Of a stretch of 64,000 nt of DNA, positions 58,703 to 64,000 are shown one piece after another. A program made the translations under genes and the position numbers. Numbering within the stretch: the stretch's first letter is position 1; each line of letters opens with the position of its first letter. This DNA is from Candidatus Bathyarchaeota archaeon (GTDB taxonomy: Archaea; Thermoproteota; Bathyarchaeia; Bathyarchaeales; Bathycorpusculaceae): positions 64,001 through 128,000 of the forward strand of contig CAWHVC010000001.1 of assembly GCA_963832745.1 (NCBI GenBank), in the 5' to 3' direction. The notes beneath the pieces were generated by a model that was given only the letters and a program-made list of their open reading frames with translations, was not told the origin of the DNA and ran no database searches.

Positions 58703-59002
58703 TCAGTATTCGTGTGTTTTTGATTCAAAAACAGGTAAAAACCCGTGAAACCCTTAGAGAGAAAGGTGCTATTGAAAAGTTCGCGCCATTGGCATATGCT
58801 GAAAACCACTGGTTTGGAATCTTAAGCAGCAAATTTTAGCTTCAGTTGCAACTGGGTTAAGGTTTGGGTGATTAGTATGTTCTGTTGTAGCATACTTGGC
58901 GAGGGTTTCATCATAATGGGTAGCCATAAACAACTTTTCCAAGCATTCTCATGCGGCTCTGATGTGTTTTAGACCGCATTTACCACTAAAAAATTAAGGA
59001 AC

Positions 59003-59356
59003 TTAATTTGCTATTTTGTTCCCACAGTTTCGACAGAAAACAGCGTCCGAATTATTGGTTGACCCGCAACTCGTACAAGTTACTGATGAAGCAACATTTT
59101 GTTGATTTGTTTGCTGCTGATTCGACGACCTGCTTTGATAGTCTTCTTTAATGTCTTGGAATGCTTTTTGCATTTCTCGCGCGGCTATGTGAAAAGCTTT
59201 TTCTATTTCTACACCTGCTTCATTGAATGCTGCCCGCAACTCGTCGGCAGGATATTTGACGTTTTCTTTTTCTCCTTTTTGAGTTTTCGTGCCGCAGTTT
59301 GGGCAGAAAAATGCTTCATCTGAAATTTTAGTTCCACAATGTGAACAGTAGGGCAT
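59003..59356 (-). CDS. Zinc-ribbon domain protein (double zinc ribbons at both ends)
   Basis: CSHCG..FCPNCG and CTSCG..FCRNCG. Confidence 0.8.
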   Translation of the reverse strand: MPYCSHCGTKISDEAFFCPNCGTKTQKGEKENVKYPADELRAAFNEAGVEIEKAFHIAAREMQKAFQDIKEDYQSRSSNQQQTNQQNVASSVTCTSCGSTNNSDAVFCRNCGNKIAN

Positions 59357-59792
59357 TATTTTGTCTCCTCTAATGTTTAGTTCAAACTGAAAATTTAAAT
59401 TTTGCCCGCTAACTTTGCTTCAAAAGTTAACGCTGAATATTTTGTTACTCATTTTTTATTTTTCATCCGAACTGAGTTTTTTCTGGCATTTTCTGAAAGT
59501 TGAGGGTTAAAAAATTTAAATAACATGTACATTTTATATATGAAAGCTCGGGGTAGTATGGGAGAACACGAGAGAAGAGGGAAGTCCCTATTTGAGGGCT
59601 TGGTAGGTAAGAGTGTTTTTTTGTTAGCCAAGACGCTAAATGTTGCCTTGCCGGATGCGTGTTTGCACTGGTTTGGTGCAAATAGCCTTATAAGCGTTCA
59701 AGCCGACGCTTTTCGTCGTAGCAAGTATAGTGTACTCTATACCCGTGAGGAATCTTATACGGAAAATGTTAGACCTGGAGGAGTAGCACAAC

Positions 59793-60137
59793 ATGATTGA
59801 TCTTGATATGCTTGTTGAAGCTCTAATCGCGTTTATCTTAATATTCATATCAACCTACGCAATCTACGCAATAGGCCGACATTCCGCGCCTAAGAGCAAA
59901 CACAGCGATAACGAAGAAATGGCTTACGCTTGCGGTGAAAAAGCAGTCTTCCATGGACCAAAAATCAACATTTCCCTTTACAGATACATAATTTATTTTG
60001 TAATTTTTGATTCAGCAGTTCTTTTGCTTGCTTTTGCTTCAGTTGCAATTGCAGGCGTAAACCCCTTTTTGCTTGTGATATATTTGGGAATAATTCTTGC
60101 TTCAGGGCTCATTCTTCTTGAAGGAGGTAAAGATTAA
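59793..60137 (+). CDS. NuoA/FpoA-like membrane subunit of the hydrogenase complex
   Basis: AYACGE, YFVIFD; 3 TM helices. Confidence 0.82.
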   Translation: MIDLDMLVEALIAFILIFISTYAIYAIGRHSAPKSKHSDNEEMAYACGEKAVFHGPKINISLYRYIIYFVIFDSAVLLLAFASVAIAGVNPFLLVIYLGIILASGLILLEGGKD

Positions 60138-60601
60138 TGGACACAAAAACTTGGGCCAGAATAAAATCTCCCTGGGTTTTACATTTTAACAGTGGCGCAT
60201 GCAACGGCTGTGATATCGAAATCGTGGCGTTGCTTACTCCAAAATATGATGTAGAAAGATTCGGAATAAAACTTGAACCCTCACCAAGACACGCTGACGT
60301 GCTCTTAGTTAGCGGTTGTGTTACCCAACAATGCGCTGAACGTCTCAAACGAGTTTACGATCAAATGCCTGAACCAAAATTTGTCGTAGCAATCGGAGCA
60401 TGTGCATGTAGCGGCGGAGTTTTTGAAGGAAACTATAACGTTCTCGGTGGGGCTGACAAAGTTGTTCCAGTTGCAGCTTATATTCCTGGCTGTCCACCCC
60501 GTCCGGAAGCAATTATTGACGGTGTCGTTAAGCTTCTTGGCACTTTAAACCCGCCTAAAGAAGCAAAAAAGAAGGAGGAGAAAGCAGTTGCAAAAGAGTA
60601 G
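60137..60601 (+). CDS. Group 4 [NiFe]-hydrogenase small subunit (NuoB-like)
   Basis: SGACNGCDIE, SPRHAD, GACA, PGCPPRPE. Confidence 0.92.
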   Translation: MDTKTWARIKSPWVLHFNSGACNGCDIEIVALLTPKYDVERFGIKLEPSPRHADVLLVSGCVTQQCAERLKRVYDQMPEPKFVVAIGACACSGGVFEGNYNVLGGADKVVPVAAYIPGCPPRPEAIIDGVVKLLGTLNPPKEAKKKEEKAVAKE

Positions 60602-62159
60602 CGAAGAATTTGTTAATGCAATTGAAAACAAGCTAAACGGGAAAGTCCAAATTAAAGTTGGCGCTTTAGGAAAAGCCGCAATAACCGTAAACAATGGGTT
60701 GCACCGAGATGTCGTTAAAGCTATGATTGAAGCAGATGACCAAACCTCGATTGTAGCCATTACAGGGCTGGACTTAGGTGAAAACCTTGGTATCTACTAC
60801 CATTTCAGAACTCAAAGCGGTTATTATACGATCGTTGCAGAAGTTCCTAAAGATAACCCGCACATTCAAACAATTACTGACATTGTTCCAGGTGCACTTT
60901 TCGCTGAAATGGAAGTAAACGATCTAGTCGGTGCAGTATTTGATGGTCACCCATCTCCCGGTCGCTTGGTATTATCCGAGAACTGGCCTGAAGGCGTTTA
61001 TCCTCTGCGGAAAGATGTTATTGCAAACCAAGTTAAACTAGTGCCAGCCAAGGAATCTCCAAACGAGCCAGAGGACAACAAAACAGTCAAAATAATCATC
61101 GGTCCACAACACCCAGCATTAATTGAACCTGAAAAATTCTCAGTCACCGTTGAAGGCGAAATAGTAACAAAAGTTGAACCAAGAATAGGATACGTTCACA
61201 GAGGTATCGAAAAATCTGCCGAATCAAGAACTTACGTTCAGGACGTTTACTTAGTTGAACGCGTCTGCGGCATCTGCAACGGTCCACATGCTTGGACATT
61301 TTCTGGTGCAGTAGAAAAAATCCTAAACGTGAATGTTCCAAGACGTGCACAATTCATACGTGTTATCACTTTGGAACTTAACAGAATCCACAGCCACCTC
61401 TTGGTTTTAGGCCACGCAGGACTAGAAATAGGCTACGAAACTCTATTCCAGTATTTCTGGCGGGACCGAGAACCAATCATGGACTTAATTGAATTAACCT
61501 GTGGTAACCGCGTTTACGAATCAATGATTTCCATGGGCGGAGTGCGACGAGACCTAAAGGAAGCTGACTCTCCAAGAATAAAATCAGTCCTTGAGGACCT
61601 TCGAAAGAAAATCCCATTCTACAAGCAGTTATACGAAAACGAGCCAACTATCAGGGCACGTATGCATGGCGTTGGTGTTCTTAAACGTGAAGATGCCATC
61701 AGCTTGGGTGTTGTTGGTCCAGTTGCCAGAGCCTCCGGTTACGCGATTGATGTACGCAAGGATGAACCTTACGAGGTTTATGGTGAAATTCCGTTTAAAG
61801 AAATTGTTTACACTGAAGGCGATACTTGGGCAAGAATGAATGTTCGAATGGATGAAGTTGAAGAAAGCATAAACATCATTGAGTACGCTCTTGATAACAT
61901 GCCTAAGGGTCCGATTAAAGTTGACGTTCCACGAGAAATAATAAAAGGCGAATCTGTTAACGCTTGCGAAGCTCCCAGAGGCGAACTTTTCTATTACGTT
62001 AAAAGTAACGGCACCGAAATGCCTGACCGAGTGAAAGTGCGAACGCCAACATTTGCTAATTTACCATCGTTCCTTAAAACTGCAATAGGCGAAAGCATAG
62101 CCGATGTCCCAGCGAACTTTGTAAGTTTAGACCCATGCTTCTCATGCACAGACAGGTGA
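60588..62159 (+). CDS. Group 4 [NiFe]-hydrogenase large subunit, NuoC-NuoD-like fusion
   Basis: N-terminal NuoC-like (YPLRKD); L1 ERVCGICNGPH and L2 DPCFSCTDR both intact. Confidence 0.92.
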   Translation: MQKSSEEFVNAIENKLNGKVQIKVGALGKAAITVNNGLHRDVVKAMIEADDQTSIVAITGLDLGENLGIYYHFRTQSGYYTIVAEVPKDNPHIQTITDIVPGALFAEMEVNDLVGAVFDGHPSPGRLVLSENWPEGVYPLRKDVIANQVKLVPAKESPNEPEDNKTVKIIIGPQHPALIEPEKFSVTVEGEIVTKVEPRIGYVHRGIEKSAESRTYVQDVYLVERVCGICNGPHAWTFSGAVEKILNVNVPRRAQFIRVITLELNRIHSHLLVLGHAGLEIGYETLFQYFWRDREPIMDLIELTCGNRVYESMISMGGVRRDLKEADSPRIKSVLEDLRKKIPFYKQLYENEPTIRARMHGVGVLKREDAISLGVVGPVARASGYAIDVRKDEPYEVYGEIPFKEIVYTEGDTWARMNVRMDEVEESINIIEYALDNMPKGPIKVDVPREIIKGESVNACEAPRGELFYYVKSNGTEMPDRVKVRTPTFANLPSFLKTAIGESIADVPANFVSLDPCFSCTDR

Positions 62160-62165
62160 TACAAA

Positions 62166-63158
62166 ATGATTGACTATTTCCTCTTAATCTTTAGGATCCT
62201 CATCTTCCCTGGTTTCACATTCATATTAACTTTAACACTGTTCTGCGACTGGATAGAACGAAAACTAGAAGCACGCATTCAAAACCGTGTAGGTCCAATG
62301 GTCGCTGGACCAGGAGGTATCCTGCAACCTCTAGCCGATTTTATAAAATTATTAACAAAAGAAGACATTGAACCCCGAGACACAAAACGTTTTGTCTTCA
62401 AATTCGCGCCTTTGGCCGCGTTTGCAATGATGGTTTTCGCTTTCTGCTTTTTGCCGATTGATGGTGCAAGTGTGCTGTCAACAGGCGGCTTCAGCGGCGA
62501 TTTGATTGTTATTTTATCTTTCGCAACAATAGCTAACTTTATCATGTTCCTAGCAGGTTGGGCATCAAACAATCCCTATGGTACAATCGGCTCAGCCAGA
62601 GTCTTAACGCAATTCTTAGGCTACGACATTCCATTATACATACTTGCACTTTCACCCGCATTCCTTGCAGGCACCTTAAACATTTTTGGCATAGTACAAG
62701 GCCAAACTGTCTTACCATTTCTGCTGTTAGCTCCATGGGCTTTTGTGCTGTTCATAATTGCAATGCAGGCAGAACTTGAAAAAGATCCATTCGATGTGCC
62801 CCACTCTGAATCAGAGGTTGTCGGTGGATTAGAAACTGAATATACTGGCGCTAAATTGGCTTTTCTACATTTAACACGTGACGTGCAGGTAGTATTTGGC
62901 GCAGCTTTAATAACAGAATTGTTCCTTGGCGGATTCAATGGGCCAGTATTCTTTGGGTTCCCTGCCTTCTGGTATTCCTTATGGTTCATCCTTAAGGTGA
63001 TAGTAGTCGTAATAATTAGCGAATACTTAACAACCATATTTGCAAGGCTACGTATTGACCAAGTATTGAACTTGAACTGGAAAATAATGTTGCCTGGCGC
63101 AATACTCTCGCTGCTTGCAACAGCATTAGTAGTCTGGATAATTCCGATGGTGATGTAA
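62166..63158 (+). CDS. NuoH/FpoH-like membrane subunit
   Basis: ERKLEARIQNRVGP, QPLADFIKLLTKE, PFDVPHSESE, RLRIDQ. Confidence 0.92.
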   Translation: MIDYFLLIFRILIFPGFTFILTLTLFCDWIERKLEARIQNRVGPMVAGPGGILQPLADFIKLLTKEDIEPRDTKRFVFKFAPLAAFAMMVFAFCFLPIDGASVLSTGGFSGDLIVILSFATIANFIMFLAGWASNNPYGTIGSARVLTQFLGYDIPLYILALSPAFLAGTLNIFGIVQGQTVLPFLLLAPWAFVLFIIAMQAELEKDPFDVPHSESEVVGGLETEYTGAKLAFLHLTRDVQVVFGAALITELFLGGFNGPVFFGFPAFWYSLWFILKVIVVVIISEYLTTIFARLRIDQVLNLNWKIMLPGAILSLLATALVVWIIPMVM

Positions 63159-63160
63159 AC

Positions 63161-63598
63161 ATGGGACGCAGAAAAGCAGTAACTACAATCGTTAAACGAA
63201 CAGTCTCACACATATTCACTAAACCCGCAACAACAAAGTATCCATTCGTAAAACCAAAACTTCCAGAAAACTTCCGCGGTCAACCACAATACAACCTCAC
63301 ATACTGTAACGTTATCTCTTTAGGCAACCCCAATTTTGGTTTTGACGTAAAATCAATCGTTGGTTCAGCATGCAGCGTTTGCGCACGCGACTGTCCAGTT
63401 GGAGCTATAACAATTGTTGAATGTGATGGAAAACGTCGTCCACAATTCGACTTTAACAAATGCATCTTCTGCAATCAATGTGTAGAAAGTTGCCCAAGAA
63501 AAGCTATTGTTAATTCAGACGTTTACGAGTTAGCGACGGTAGACAAAAAAGCGTTAGTTAGAAAACCTAACCCAAACAGTCAGGAGGAAAAACAATGA
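63161..63598 (+). CDS. NuoI/FpoI-like 2[4Fe-4S] subunit
   Basis: TTKYP..FRG; C...CSVCARDCP; CIFCNQCVESCP. Confidence 0.9.
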   Translation: MGRRKAVTTIVKRTVSHIFTKPATTKYPFVKPKLPENFRGQPQYNLTYCNVISLGNPNFGFDVKSIVGSACSVCARDCPVGAITIVECDGKRRPQFDFNKCIFCNQCVESCPRKAIVNSDVYELATVDKKALVRKPNPNSQEEKQ

Positions 63599-64000
63599 TT
63601 TTTGAAATCTTATCCGTTGGTATAATCGTTTCAGCCTGCTTAGCATTGTTCCTTGACGAAGTGCAATATGCCGTAGCAGCCTTGTCCGCAACCTTCCTGT
63701 TTACAGCGTTAATTTACGCCCTAAACAATTCAATCTACGGTGCTGTCTTCCAATTCGCTGTCGGTATAGGCACATTAGCTATATTGTTCCTTTCCGGTGA
63801 AATGCTTAGCGAAAAAACAAAAAAGAAAACTTCACCTGGAAAATTTGCCGCTTTAGTTGGAGGCGGTATCGGGCTATCTTTACCCGCAGTTTTTCTTTCC
63901 GTTTCTGGGTCACCCGGCGCAACTTCTGACGCCACATTTGGACCTGCCTTGTGGGATCTTCGAGGCTTAGATGTTGTTTTACAGGCAGTTGTCGTTTTGA
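63595..64000 (+). CDS. NuoJ-like membrane subunit (3'-truncated by window edge)
   Basis: ATGA overlap with the previous gene; open frame MIFEILSVGIIVSACLAL...LWDLRGLDVVLQAVVVL; not in the ORF track. Confidence 0.75.
   Translation, partial: MIFEILSVGIIVSACLALFLDEVQYAVAALSATFLFTALIYALNNSIYGAVFQFAVGIGTLAILFLSGEMLSEKTKKKTSPGKFAALVGGGIGLSLPAVFLSVSGSPGATSDATFGPALWDLRGLDVVLQAVVVL

Noticed and set aside
59575-59700. RNase P RNA (GAGGGAAGTCC resembles GAGGAAAGTCC)
   Set aside because: The complementary 3' P4 element and closing helices are absent
220-63935. Many 60-150 aa ORFs antisense or out of frame within well-supported genes
   Set aside because: Shadow ORFs with no recognisable motifs or independent start signals
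1-64000. CRISPR array, transposase, integrase or provirus
   Set aside because: No regularly spaced repeats, no recombinase or transposase motifs, and no viral gene cluster beyond the single sheath gene

Overview
Chromosomal window of an anaerobic TACK archaeon, most likely Bathyarchaeia. This is inferred from the fwdDBAC operon, the archaeal pheST, a stand-alone 5S rRNA, PEF-CTERM proteins, DUF1512, a bacterial-type pfkA and an Fpo-like group 4 [NiFe]-hydrogenase operon. Housekeeping and energy genes (fwd, fdhD, mobA/mobB, glgP, pheST, pfkA, map, pyrH, P3A H+-ATPase, hydrogenase) are interleaved with many small accessory genes and several ABC systems. RNA genes: a tRNA-Tyr(GTA) with two BHB introns, and a 5S rRNA. 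I see no CRISPR array, transposase or integrase. Most notable: (1) a divergent dockerin / membrane-anchored wHTH / cohesin-PEF-CTERM cassette with a 10-bp-phased repeat array between the genes; (2) an orphan contractile-injection-system tail sheath gene; (3) a ~45-bp dispersed intergenic repeat with an ORB-like G-string; (4) a stand-alone nurA-herA pair with a divergent HTH gene and palindromes flanking its TATA box; (5) a chimeric ABC ATPase made by local duplication; (6) kb-scale flips between G+T-rich and A+C-rich strands. Six single-base frameshifts in short homopolymers, one in pyrH, are most likely sequencing errors. All protein calls come from motif recognition by eye; no database searches were run.
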